Positions 1-8,388 of a stretch of DNA of 11,948 bases are shown here, in pieces. Below the pieces are notes generated by a model. The model ran no database searches, was not told the DNA's origin, and worked only from the letters and a program-made list of their open reading frames with translations. This stretch comes from an uncultured Oligoflexus sp. Lineage in GTDB: Bacteria; Bdellovibrionota_B; Oligoflexia; Oligoflexales; Oligoflexaceae. A program made the position numbers and the translations under genes. Where the stretch lies: NCBI GenBank assembly GCA_964236955.1, contig CAXSGP010000126.1:1-11948 (forward strand), in the 5' to 3' direction. Numbering within the stretch: the stretch's first letter is position 1; the number at the start of each line of letters is the position of its first letter.

Positions 1-2
1 GA

Positions 3-33
3 TGTTCGACGTTGGCGTAGCCAAACGTCAACA
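3..33 (-). terminator. Imperfect hairpin immediately downstream of the dsbD stop
   Basis: TGTT-c-GACGTTGGC-gta-GCCAA-a-CGTC-AACA is an inverted repeat with bulges. No clear U-tract is visible and the window edge hides the context. Confidence 0.35.
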
Positions 34-40
34 GCCCCTA

Positions 41-2125
41 TTACTTGGAAAATAGCCCTTCAATATCGGAAAGCGTCAGAATTTGAGGTAAAATCCGCGG
101 CTTGCTTCCATCTGGGGGATAATAAAGATAAAGTGGAACCGAAGCGCGATCAAAGGCGGCCAGAGCTATAGTAATTTTATCATCGAGATTTGTCCAATCA
201 CCGCGTATCAAGCGCACATTATTTTTAGCAAATAATTTTTCTGCGGCATCCGTTTCAAGAACCACTTTTTTGTTCACCTGACAGGTGACACACCAGGAAG
301 CCGTAAAATCGACAAAAACTCCCTGTTTCTTCGCCGCGGAATCAGATAGGAGGGCAGGATCGTAGTCGAGCCAGTTGCTGGAACCCACGCTCACCTTTGC
401 CGTTGCAAGGGCCGCTGAGACCACCCAACGGCCGGTATACCCGATCCCCAGCAACGCCATCAAAAGACCCAAGGTCCTGAACCCATTCCCGCGACCTTTG
501 CCCAGCCATATGGCAAAAGTCAGCAAAAGGCCCAGCCCACTCAAATAGAGCCAGGCATCGGTGCCCAGCTGAATACCAAGCACCCACAGCAGCCAGACAA
601 CCGTCGCAAAGAGCGGAAAGGCCAAAAATTGGCGAAGCGTAATCATCCACTGGCCCGGGCGCGGGAGTTTAAAATGGGGGAACCAGGCTAACACCAGAAA
701 AGGCGAAGCCAGACCCAGGCCGAGTGCAAAAAAGATCAGCAATGCCTGATGTGCCGGCAGCGTTACTGCGGCGCCCAGTGCCGTGCCCATAAAGGGTCCC
801 GTGCAGGGGGTAGCAATAAAAACCGAGAGACAACCCGTTGCAAATGAGCCTGTGTTTTCAAATTTACCTGCGGCTCGGGTCAGGGAGTTCCCAAATTCAT
901 AATAGCCGACAAAACTCAGCCCCATCATCCAAAACAAAACAATAAGGGCAGCAACCACCGGTGGCGATTGCAATTGAAACCCCCAACCGATCGCAGCACC
1001 TCCCGCTCTCAGCCCAAGAAATATTCCGCCCAAAGCCGTAAACGTTAGCAAGACACCCAGTGTATAAAGCATGGCCTCGCGCCAGCGCGTCTCCTGACTG
1101 ACTTTTGCCAGGGAGAAGAATTTAATGGAAAGAACCGGCAAAACGCATGGCATAAGATTGAGTATGATACCGCCGACAAAGGCTGACAGGAGAAGAAGGA
1201 GGTAGGATGCCCAGTCGTCAGCCTGAGCTCCATGCTGCGTTGAGCTGGCCATGGACTCAGTGCTGGTCATTTTAGAGGGAACCGTAGGTCCGCCGGAATC
1301 AAGACCAAGGTTTGCCGTGCTAAGGTCATGGGTAAACTCCCAAGCACCAGCATCGTCAACAAGGACAAAGGAAAGAGTCTGCGGAGTGGGCATGCCCCTT
1401 ATTTTTTTAAAGCGCAGTCCTTCCCCATCGGCATCGCGTCGAGGTTCGGCTGGAGATAGAAATGCGGTGTCAACGGGAAAAACCTGAAGCACTGTCAAAG
1501 GCTTGGGAGGATCTTTTTTCGATAAAAGGGAAAGGACAATGTCTTCGCCCTCAACAGTGAGTGTCCTTACAGTCCACGGCATAGTGGCTGCCGGCTGGGG
1601 AATATTCTGCAAAGCTTTTTCAAGACTCTCGCCGTGATTCCAGGCCGCAGTCCCCATTGCAATGGGGCGCTTTAGAGTAAGTTGGCCAGATCCTGGCCGA
1701 CACTCTTCCTTGCAAACCAACCATTCCAAATCCGCGTTTAAATCCAAAATGGAGGCTCCGGCCTTAGGAATTATTACGAAAGGAAAAACCACTTCACCTT
1801 CATAAGCTATCGTCGTGAGACCACCTGCCAAAAAACGCTGGGGTACCGGCCAGGCCGCTGGACCGACTTCGGAACTTGACGATGTCATATGAAAGTGAGG
1901 CGCTGTTCCTGAGTCACCGGGATTTTTCCAGTAAATATGCCATTGGGGTTGAATTTCAAAGCGTATGCCGATCGTCTCAATTGCTCCGGAAAAATGAGTG
2001 GGTACGATCCAGGACACCCGCACATGCTCACCTTTAATCACGGCCCCGGATTCCGCTTGAGCCAAGCGAGGAGAAAGCAAAGGCAGCAGCGCGCAGATAC
2101 CTATTATCCATCGAAAGCAGCCCAT
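41..2125 (-). CDS. dsbD: DsbD-family thiol:disulfide interchange protein (N-terminal periplasmic domain, transmembrane domain, C-terminal thioredoxin domain)
   Basis: 694 aa ORF with a signal peptide. The N-domain has WHIYWKNPGDSG and WLVCKEECRPG. The multi-TM core has LNLMPCVLPVLSIK and ATPCTGPFMG. The thioredoxin domain has FVDFTASWCVTCQVNK. A GGAG RBS precedes the ATG. Confidence 0.93.
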   Translation of the reverse strand: MGCFRWIIGICALLPLLSPRLAQAESGAVIKGEHVRVSWIVPTHFSGAIETIGIRFEIQPQWHIYWKNPGDSGTAPHFHMTSSSSEVGPAAWPVPQRFLAGGLTTIAYEGEVVFPFVIIPKAGASILDLNADLEWLVCKEECRPGSGQLTLKRPIAMGTAAWNHGESLEKALQNIPQPAATMPWTVRTLTVEGEDIVLSLLSKKDPPKPLTVLQVFPVDTAFLSPAEPRRDADGEGLRFKKIRGMPTPQTLSFVLVDDAGAWEFTHDLSTANLGLDSGGPTVPSKMTSTESMASSTQHGAQADDWASYLLLLLSAFVGGIILNLMPCVLPVLSIKFFSLAKVSQETRWREAMLYTLGVLLTFTALGGIFLGLRAGGAAIGWGFQLQSPPVVAALIVLFWMMGLSFVGYYEFGNSLTRAAGKFENTGSFATGCLSVFIATPCTGPFMGTALGAAVTLPAHQALLIFFALGLGLASPFLVLAWFPHFKLPRPGQWMITLRQFLAFPLFATVVWLLWVLGIQLGTDAWLYLSGLGLLLTFAIWLGKGRGNGFRTLGLLMALLGIGYTGRWVVSAALATAKVSVGSSNWLDYDPALLSDSAAKKQGVFVDFTASWCVTCQVNKKVVLETDAAEKLFAKNNVRLIRGDWTNLDDKITIALAAFDRASVPLYLYYPPDGSKPRILPQILTLSDIEGLFSK

Positions 2126-2142
2126 CCGTTACTCCATGCTGA

Positions 2143-2164
2143 TAAACTTTAAATGTAAAGTCTA
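2143..2164. promoter_or_regulatory. Operator-like palindrome upstream of dsbD
   Basis: TAAACTTTA-aatg-TAAAGTCTA, with 8 of 9 arm positions complementary, about 18 bp from the dsbD start codon. Confidence 0.4.
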
Positions 2165-2242
2165 CACCATAAGAAGCGGATGAATAAGGTCCTCCTTGCC
2201 TTGCTTTGGCAGCGATAAGTGAAAACGGCAGACTTTCTAGAA

Positions 2243-3034
2243 TCAATAGGCAAAGGTATCGTACGTTTCTCTCGGCGGTCTTGATCCCAAGGTTTCGACT
2301 ATGGAATTAAATCTGAGCATATGCCTGGCCCGATCAGAGAGTCGGGACCATGTTTCGCGCGGTATATCGATCGAAACTTCAGGACGATGCAGCCATTTCC
2401 GACTGTAACCGATGACCGCCATCGGCCTCGGTACAGAGCTATGGTTCGGTGTACCGCGATGCAATCCGCGCACATCACGGATCATCACGTCACCCACTTT
2501 CATCGGGATAGGTTCAAGCGCCAGCTCGTTGTGGGCAAGCAGGTCCATAGCCCTGGCTTTCGGAATTCTATGCGTGCCGGCGGCGATCTCTATGGGACCG
2601 TTTTCAAGGGTGACATCGACCAGGGGGAAATTGACTGCCAACTGAAAGGCTGGCGACTCTTCCTCAAGTTCGGGAAAAAGAGGCGGCGCATCCCGATGCA
2701 CATCCTGATATTCAGAGCCGAGGAGTGGCGTATCCGTAGCCAACTGACACATAACAAAATCTTTGCCAACCAGCTGCTCTATTATGGCAAGCACTAAATC
2801 ATTCTCATAAATCATAGGATTAGCAAAAGGAAAGGTAAAGGGCAAGGTGACATAGTATCGAGAGGGACCTCTTTGCAATTCGCTCCCACCCGAGGCCAAA
2901 TAATTCTGCAGAAGAGGGGCAAAGGCATTCGCCCAGTCTCTTAGTATGGCGGGCGAAAAAGCCCCTTCCATGACGCAGAATCCATCTTCCATGACCTTCT
3001 TTGTGTAGAAGGCAATCTCGCGTGAATCGTTCAT
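2243..3034 (-). CDS. Phytanoyl-CoA dioxygenase (PhyH) family Fe(II)/2-oxoglutarate-dependent dioxygenase
   Basis: N-terminal EDGFCVMEGAF, HxD motif (QDVHRD), NFPLVDVTLENGPIEIAAGTH, GDVMIRD, distal His in LHRGTPN, and Arg in PRPM. I moved the start from 3205 to the ATG at 3034 (MNDSREIA), which has an AGGGA RBS. The upstream extension looks non-coding. Confidence 0.88.
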   Translation of the reverse strand: MNDSREIAFYTKKVMEDGFCVMEGAFSPAILRDWANAFAPLLQNYLASGGSELQRGPSRYYVTLPFTFPFANPMIYENDLVLAIIEQLVGKDFVMCQLATDTPLLGSEYQDVHRDAPPLFPELEEESPAFQLAVNFPLVDVTLENGPIEIAAGTHRIPKARAMDLLAHNELALEPIPMKVGDVMIRDVRGLHRGTPNHSSVPRPMAVIGYSRKWLHRPEVSIDIPRETWSRLSDRARHMLRFNSIVETLGSRPPRETYDTFAY

Positions 3035-3435
3035 ATTCAATCCCTGAAAAATTGATAGGTAATTTATGGAAGATCCATCGGCTGGGCGTCTATCGGTTTG
3101 ATTGGAACTCATTCCTAATGTTGCAGCAGGAGCTTTACCGCGTCTGCTGTTGAAGCCCGCCTTATTAAGTAAACCTGATGGCATCAGTTGGTAAAGCCCA
3201 CACATCCTGCCTAGAATGCTCCAAGTCCACTCTAAATTTCAAGAGACATTCTAACGATAAGGGCTGCCCTAAATCCCTGGCCCCCGGCGGCAGCACCTTG
3301 CAGAAGGTCTGCGATTGAGACCGCATTTAGCAAGTTATCATATTGAATTTACAGATATTTATAATTTATCACTCCGATGATTACGGAGGCGGACGATAGA
3401 CCTTCTAAGTTTCCATACGACAAACGAGAGGCATC

Positions 3436-4518
3436 ATGCGTTGGTCCATACCATTGCTCATTCTATGGAGCTGTTCAGCCCCAAACCAACTCCGCTCCGG
3501 ATCGGTGACGAGAGCCGTCCCTGATGGCCATGAAAATATAGGTAAGAGGCCGGTGGATCAATCCGACAATGCCGATCCCTATGCTAGTGTAAAAGGTCCC
3601 GCCGGTCCTAAGCCCGAGGCATCCCCACCCGCGTCACCCGTTATCAGGCCGACCATAACGGGACCCACGCTTCCAGGATCGACAGCAAACGGATCAGCAG
3701 CAGCAGCGTCTGACGAATCCGAGGCCGCTTTGCCGCCTTCACCCATTAACGGATCTTTTCTACATTGCATCGTCCAGTTGGAACCGACGGAGCTATTAAC
3801 TGAGGGTAGCGTCGCCTGCCGACTCGAGGATAAATCAAACAATCGGGTTGATCCCGCAGGCTTAAATGTTTTGGCCCATTATTCAGTAACACTTCCAAAC
3901 ATTATAGGAGCGGAAAGTCACGTCACGCCTCTCGCCCATCCTGACCGTTTATATGATGTCACGATTGCCTTTAAAGCCCTGACCAAATCCGATGCAGCTA
4001 AAGCCATGCACAAGTCGCAGCTGCAGGTGGACATGACCAGCCTTGATAATACCCAGCTGATCGCCAGTCAACGCAATTCCATCCTTACCTACGAAACGAA
4101 AGCCCCTATTCCAAAATGGAAAATCCTAAGCGAAGGTGGACCCGACGTTTACCTCGATGCCGCAAGCGGTTTGCTTTGGAAGGGCGATGATCAAGGGAGC
4201 TTTAGCTTTCAGGAGGCGCTTAGTTATTGCAGCAGCTACCAGGATATGAACGCCGTGGCCTGGGTGGTCCCAAGCCTTGCCCAGCTGACAATCGCAAGAA
4301 ATCACGGCATTGGCTCGCGTCCTGATGTGGGGCTGGAGATGATGAACCTTAAATCGGGGAGTGCCTATTGGACCACGAATCGATATAAAAGTCCCAATTC
4401 AACAGGGGATCAGGTAGTATCATTAGAATTACTTATTGATACGATGAGCAGTGTGAGTCCTCCCTCTCTCGAGGCATCCGATGCCAGATTACCGGTACTT
4501 TGTGTTGCCGTTCCCTGA
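3436..4518 (+). CDS. Putative lipoprotein with Pro/Ala/Ser-rich linker, Cys-pair middle domain and C-terminal DUF1566/Lcl-like (C-type-lectin-like fold) domain
   Basis: GAGG RBS and signal MRWSIPLLILWS-C13. The C-terminus follows the DUF1566 pattern: D..SGLLW, F.EA.SYC, WVVPSLAQL (W-R-L-P-T..EL equivalent), YWT, terminal VLCV. Confidence 0.75.
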   Translation: MRWSIPLLILWSCSAPNQLRSGSVTRAVPDGHENIGKRPVDQSDNADPYASVKGPAGPKPEASPPASPVIRPTITGPTLPGSTANGSAAAASDESEAALPPSPINGSFLHCIVQLEPTELLTEGSVACRLEDKSNNRVDPAGLNVLAHYSVTLPNIIGAESHVTPLAHPDRLYDVTIAFKALTKSDAAKAMHKSQLQVDMTSLDNTQLIASQRNSILTYETKAPIPKWKILSEGGPDVYLDAASGLLWKGDDQGSFSFQEALSYCSSYQDMNAVAWVVPSLAQLTIARNHGIGSRPDVGLEMMNLKSGSAYWTTNRYKSPNSTGDQVVSLELLIDTMSSVSPPSLEASDARLPVLCVAVP

Positions 4519-4593
4519 TCAAGACCAAGGTGATTCAAAACGACTTTAATTTCGAGGGTTATCTTAAGATTTGACAATGGTGATAACGAGCCT

Positions 4594-5742
4594 ATGAGAA
4601 AAATCGCAATTGTGGGAGCGGGAATCGCTGGCCTGGCGACTGCCCTTGCCATCCCGGCTTCGAAGTTTGAAGTGGAGGTTTTTGAACAGGCACCCGAGAT
4701 CAAAGGCGTCGGGAGCGGCCTTACCCTTTGGCCAAACGCCACCTGCGTGCTAAATGCCCTTGGCGTTCTCGAAGAATGCCAAGCGCGCAGCGGTGCTCTC
4801 AAAACCTTGTTTATTCAGCTCTCCGATCGGCGTCGGGTTCTGACAATTCCGACCGGTACGTTCCCGACTCCAGCCATTGCCATGCAGCGTCGTGATCTCC
4901 ATCAGATTCTTATGTCGAAAATAAAACTGCAATCGATATCTATCGGCCGGCAATGTCTCGGCGTACGCAAGGCCACAGAAGGGTCCTATCTGCGCTTTGC
5001 CGATGGGGAAAATGGCCCTTATGATTTGATAGTGGCTGCTGATGGTATACGATCAACACTAAGAAGCTATGTCCGCAAGAATCTTGAGTTGAGGAATAAG
5101 GGCTATGCAATTTCACGGGGCGTAGCCGATGCAGCCGATCTTTTCCCGGCTGATGGAAATTTCTTTGAAATCTGGGGGAGCGGCTTAAGATTCGGTGTGC
5201 TTCCCATGAGCCAGGGACAAGTGTGTTGGTATGCGGCGCGAAACCAACAGGCGGGTGATCAAAGACCCCTTCACGAGCAAAAGGAAACGCTTCTTAAAGA
5301 TCTAAGAGACTGGAAGTTTCCGGCGCGGGAACTTGTTGCAAGAACTGCGCTTGAATATCTTATCCCGTCAGACGTAGCCGTTTTGAAAGCCACGCGAGGC
5401 TGGAGTCGAGACCGTGTCCTGCTCCTTGGCGATGCGATTCACCCTATGGCGGCAAATCTTGGGCTGGGCGGGAATATGGCCCTTGAGGATGCATTAGTGC
5501 TCGGCAACCTTCTGCGAAAAAGCGACAATATCGACGAGGTCTGTGAAGATTTCGAAAATCTTCGTTTTTCCCGCGTTGCTGCCGTCACCAAGAGTTCAAA
5601 CTTCATCGGTTATATCTGTCAGACCGAAAATCCGATTATCCGCCAGGGCCGAAACCTTGCCTGTACCTTGATCCCTGGCCGCTATTTCACTTGGGAATCA
5701 CGCTCCCTTTACTCCTTCAGGGCGGACCAGGTAGCCTCCTAA
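4594..5742 (+). CDS. FAD-dependent monooxygenase (group A flavoprotein, UbiH/salicylate-hydroxylase-like)
   Basis: Rossmann motif IAIVGAGIAGL, VFEQ, DG motif (IVAADGIRS) and GD motif (LLGDAIHPMAANLGLGGNMALEDA). The substrate cannot be assigned. Confidence 0.92.
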   Translation: MRKIAIVGAGIAGLATALAIPASKFEVEVFEQAPEIKGVGSGLTLWPNATCVLNALGVLEECQARSGALKTLFIQLSDRRRVLTIPTGTFPTPAIAMQRRDLHQILMSKIKLQSISIGRQCLGVRKATEGSYLRFADGENGPYDLIVAADGIRSTLRSYVRKNLELRNKGYAISRGVADAADLFPADGNFFEIWGSGLRFGVLPMSQGQVCWYAARNQQAGDQRPLHEQKETLLKDLRDWKFPARELVARTALEYLIPSDVAVLKATRGWSRDRVLLLGDAIHPMAANLGLGGNMALEDALVLGNLLRKSDNIDEVCEDFENLRFSRVAAVTKSSNFIGYICQTENPIIRQGRNLACTLIPGRYFTWESRSLYSFRADQVAS

Positions 5743-5800
5743 CCAAAGTCCATTAGCAATTCAAGCTTATCCTGCTCAGTATCGATGGTATTTCGATTCC

Positions 5801-6418
5801 CTATTTCTCTTCTTTAGCTTTCTGATTTCTGTATTGTCTTTGTTTTATTTTTCCTAAAACTATCATTCCGAAAAAATATAGCCCAGCCAGGATATAGGTC
5901 AGAGGACCACCAATAAATGCCCATGCCGTTTTACTCATATAGAAAGCGGAATAAACAATAAGCAGGGTATGGAGAAAAAGGATGATCACCAAACCCTGCG
6001 CGGATTTTTGCATGATCTTTAGCTGCTGATCATCAATTTCGATGCCCTGCAGCATGCGGCCCGACATGGCAACGAGAAGCTTGGGCTTCAAATACGCCAT
6101 AACTCCGAGAAAGACGACCATGATGAGTTGAGCGAGGGCGGGCTTAAGCTTAAAATAGATATCGTTCCCTGAATATAGAGAAACGAAACCGAAAAGAACG
6201 ATGAGTCCGGTATCCAGGAGGACCATCTTATCCAGTCGCCTTTCCCTTATAAATATATAGATAGCCTGTCCTATCCCAATTGCTATCGCCAAAAGCAAGG
6301 CATACTGTGTGGCTTGCGCCTCCGGAAAATGCTCTGATAAAAATTCATCAGCACCGACAAAGATTAAAATTGGCAGAAACGCCAGAAGAAGATTCTTTAT
6401 GAGATTCTGATTGGGCAA
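5801..6418 (-). CDS. YciB/IspZ (intracellular septation protein A) family inner-membrane protein
   Basis: Multi-TM protein with FLPILIF, LIVLFGFVSLYSGNDIYFKLKP (the family F.K.KP signature) and a late W (KTAWAF). I prefer the TTG start at 6418 with an AAGGA RBS over the ORF-track start at 6514. Confidence 0.8.
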   Translation of the reverse strand: MPNQNLIKNLLLAFLPILIFVGADEFLSEHFPEAQATQYALLLAIAIGIGQAIYIFIRERRLDKMVLLDTGLIVLFGFVSLYSGNDIYFKLKPALAQLIMVVFLGVMAYLKPKLLVAMSGRMLQGIEIDDQQLKIMQKSAQGLVIILFLHTLLIVYSAFYMSKTAWAFIGGPLTYILAGLYFFGMIVLGKIKQRQYRNQKAKEEK

Positions 6419-6680
6419 GGTGATAGATCCTTCTTTGGCAAAAGGCTTGGGATCTCGCATCCCAGTTGTCAAACAGACTGTTTCTATCACGAAGATTCCA
6501 GCTTTCCCAATCAAAAGCTTTCTGTGGGTCGGCTCGAGCGAACGTTCCCCTATATTCTCAAGCGCTTTAGCGAATCAGACCAGACGAGGGAAGAGTAAAG
6601 CTTAAGGCATGACCGCCGGCCGGGAATAGACAGGTCACCGAAGCGTAAGCACAAGCGGCAAACCCAAAACATCTTCTTTC

Positions 6681-6707
6681 CGTTTTTTATCAATTCGATA
6701 AAAAACG
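6681..6707. repeat. Perfect 11-bp AT-rich inverted repeat in a divergent intergenic region
   Basis: CGTTTTTTATC-aattc-GATAAAAAACG. Confidence 0.8.
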
Positions 6708-6708
6708 C

Positions 6709-6735
6709 TCATGCATTTTCAATTCTTACCGATAG
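6709..6735 (+). promoter_or_regulatory. Possible sigma-28 (FliA)-type promoter
   Basis: TCATGCAT-N11-ACCGATAG compared with consensus TAAAGTTT-N11-GCCGATAA. The -10 is good and the -35 is weak. Confidence 0.3.
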
Positions 6736-6934
6736 GCAGGAATCAAGAATTCGACATTGGCCATTCAAGTTCGATTGAGAGACAGCATGCTTTTCCTTGA
6801 ATTTAGCAAGTTAGCGGAAATTTGAGCGATTCAGTCTGTCAACAACGCGATCACTGCTGTCGAATCTATTGCCATATTCTTTGGGCCCGATGCGGCTGCC
6901 ATGCAAAGGGATAGAGAAATCGGGAAATACTGTA

Positions 6935-6951
6935 CTGGCACAGTTCCTGCT
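6935..6951 (+). promoter_or_regulatory. Sigma-54 (RpoN) -24/-12 promoter
   Basis: CTGGCACAGTTCCTGCT has a TGGCAC core and exact GG-N10-GC spacing (GG 6937-6938, GC 6949-6950). It lies about 33 bp upstream of ATG 6984, leaving room for the GGAGA RBS. Confidence 0.72.
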
Positions 6952-6983
6952 AAATGTTTTGAATCAACACAATCGGAGAATGC

Positions 6984-8189
6984 ATGTACAAGTTATTGTT
7001 GTGCGCGGTAGGAAGCCTTGTGGTTTTGGGCTGCCAAGAAAAAAGTAAATTCAAAAGCGACACACGCACGCGGGGTGCCGCCATAGAGGGAAGCGGACAA
7101 CAAGGCAGTTTCGACGACACGGTATCCGGAAGCGCTGGAGGCACTGATTCGTCGACCGTAGAAGGCAACACGGGATCGTTACCCAGTTCCGATACTATCG
7201 ATGGAACCAAGGGAAAAGTCCCGTCGACTTCAGGCACAATCGGTGGCGGCACAGGCAAGGGCAACAAGCCTGCAACGACCGCCGGTAATACCGGCACTGC
7301 GAATAAGCCTGAAACTACAGGATCGGCGACGGGTACAGGCCCGAGTCCTGGTACAGTTGACGGCAGCGCAGGCCTCCCGAGCATCACGACCACTGGTGCT
7401 GTCATTCCACCTAAAGACTGCAAAATTCAACAGAAAATTCTCATCCTCGACTTTAAATCCGGCTGGTGGGCTGGTGATGGTGGCGAGTTTATCAATCATG
7501 TCGTAAGCCGTGTAAAAGACGCGTCCTGTACAATACAGACTTTGACGGAATATCATCACCTTCTCGACTCGAACTTTTCCAAGCAAACTATTGATGTTGC
7601 CAACGCAACTCAAATTTGGATACTTTCTGGATCCAATTCCGATGAGGAGGATATCAACACCTCGTCACCAAAGTTTCGTGATCTCGCAGCCAAAGTCGTT
7701 GCAAGCAAAGCGCCACTTTTCATCGGGGCTGGCTACGGGTCGATCAGCCATGCAAACTATTTTGCTCAGCTCCTCTACGGAAACGGCAAAAACTTCTTCG
7801 CACCGGGCCGGATCGAAGGCGATTTTATCACTTTGGTTCCTCTGTTTGTCAGATCATTAAAGTCAATGAATTCGGCGGTTTTCGGTAAAGGTCTGATGGC
7901 TGGCATCACCAAACCACTGGCCGATCAAATGGCGACTGGCGATCTCAACCCATTTAACATCGCGACCTCGGACCGCATTGTTTTTGATGGCGCCTACGAA
8001 CAAGTTGCCAACTGTCAGATGGGCAATCTGTCGCCGACTAAAGGCTCTTTCCCTTGTGTCGGAGTTACCGTCCTTGGCAATCGCAAAATTGTTTTGGACA
8101 GCGGTCTGCAAAGATTCTACTCGCTCTTTAATAACGACGATGACATGGAGCGCTACCTTCATAACATCGTTCGGTCCCTTGCCGAATGA
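6984..8189 (+). CDS. Putative lipoprotein of unknown function: Gly/Thr/Ser-rich linker followed by a globular alpha/beta domain
   Basis: GGAGA RBS and lipobox VLG-C17. A low-complexity G/T/S region runs to about residue 140, followed by a folded region (KILILDFKSGWWAGDGG ... QIWILSGS ... LFIGAGYG ... KIVLDSGLQRFY ... RYLHNIV). A terminator follows. Confidence 0.8.
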   Translation: MYKLLLCAVGSLVVLGCQEKSKFKSDTRTRGAAIEGSGQQGSFDDTVSGSAGGTDSSTVEGNTGSLPSSDTIDGTKGKVPSTSGTIGGGTGKGNKPATTAGNTGTANKPETTGSATGTGPSPGTVDGSAGLPSITTTGAVIPPKDCKIQQKILILDFKSGWWAGDGGEFINHVVSRVKDASCTIQTLTEYHHLLDSNFSKQTIDVANATQIWILSGSNSDEEDINTSSPKFRDLAAKVVASKAPLFIGAGYGSISHANYFAQLLYGNGKNFFAPGRIEGDFITLVPLFVRSLKSMNSAVFGKGLMAGITKPLADQMATGDLNPFNIATSDRIVFDGAYEQVANCQMGNLSPTKGSFPCVGVTVLGNRKIVLDSGLQRFYSLFNNDDDMERYLHNIVRSLAE

Positions 8190-8265
8190 AGTCGACTTCT
8201 GTGAGGTCATTTATATAGCCTGACCCAACTGACTCAACGGCAGTCGCTTACAAAACATCAAACTG

Positions 8266-8292
8266 GCTGAGGATATTCTCCTCAGCTTTTTT
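8266..8292 (+). terminator. Rho-independent terminator of the 6984..8189 gene
   Basis: GCTGAGGA-tattc-TCCTCAGC followed by TTTTTT. Confidence 0.85.
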
Positions 8293-8388
8293 GGGCTCTG
8301 GATTCTGTCGATTCCAAAAAATCGCATACTTATCGAGGCCACTATAGGGATTGAGTTTCCTAACAGCCCCGGCGTGAATACGAGCAGA

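Noticed and set aside
3373..3380. Sigma-28-like -10 element TCCGATGA upstream of the DUF1566 lipoprotein
   Set aside because: There is no acceptable -35 element at the expected spacing.
4100..4518. Diversity-generating retroelement targeting the DUF1566-like domain
   Set aside because: There is no reverse transcriptase in the window and I found no second near-copy (template repeat) of the gene's 3' end. A remote DGR cannot be excluded.
2243..5742. Biosynthetic or degradation cluster formed by the PhyH-like dioxygenase and the FAD monooxygenase
   Set aside because: The two genes are on opposite strands, separated by an unrelated lipoprotein gene, with no scaffold synthase, dedicated transporter or regulator nearby.
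6950..8223. Alternative-frame and antisense ORFs (6950..7423, 7201..7506, 7230..7613, 7591..7860, 7863..8210, 7978..8223)
   Set aside because: These are shadows of the real CDS, partly caused by its low-complexity codons. They show no recognisable motifs.
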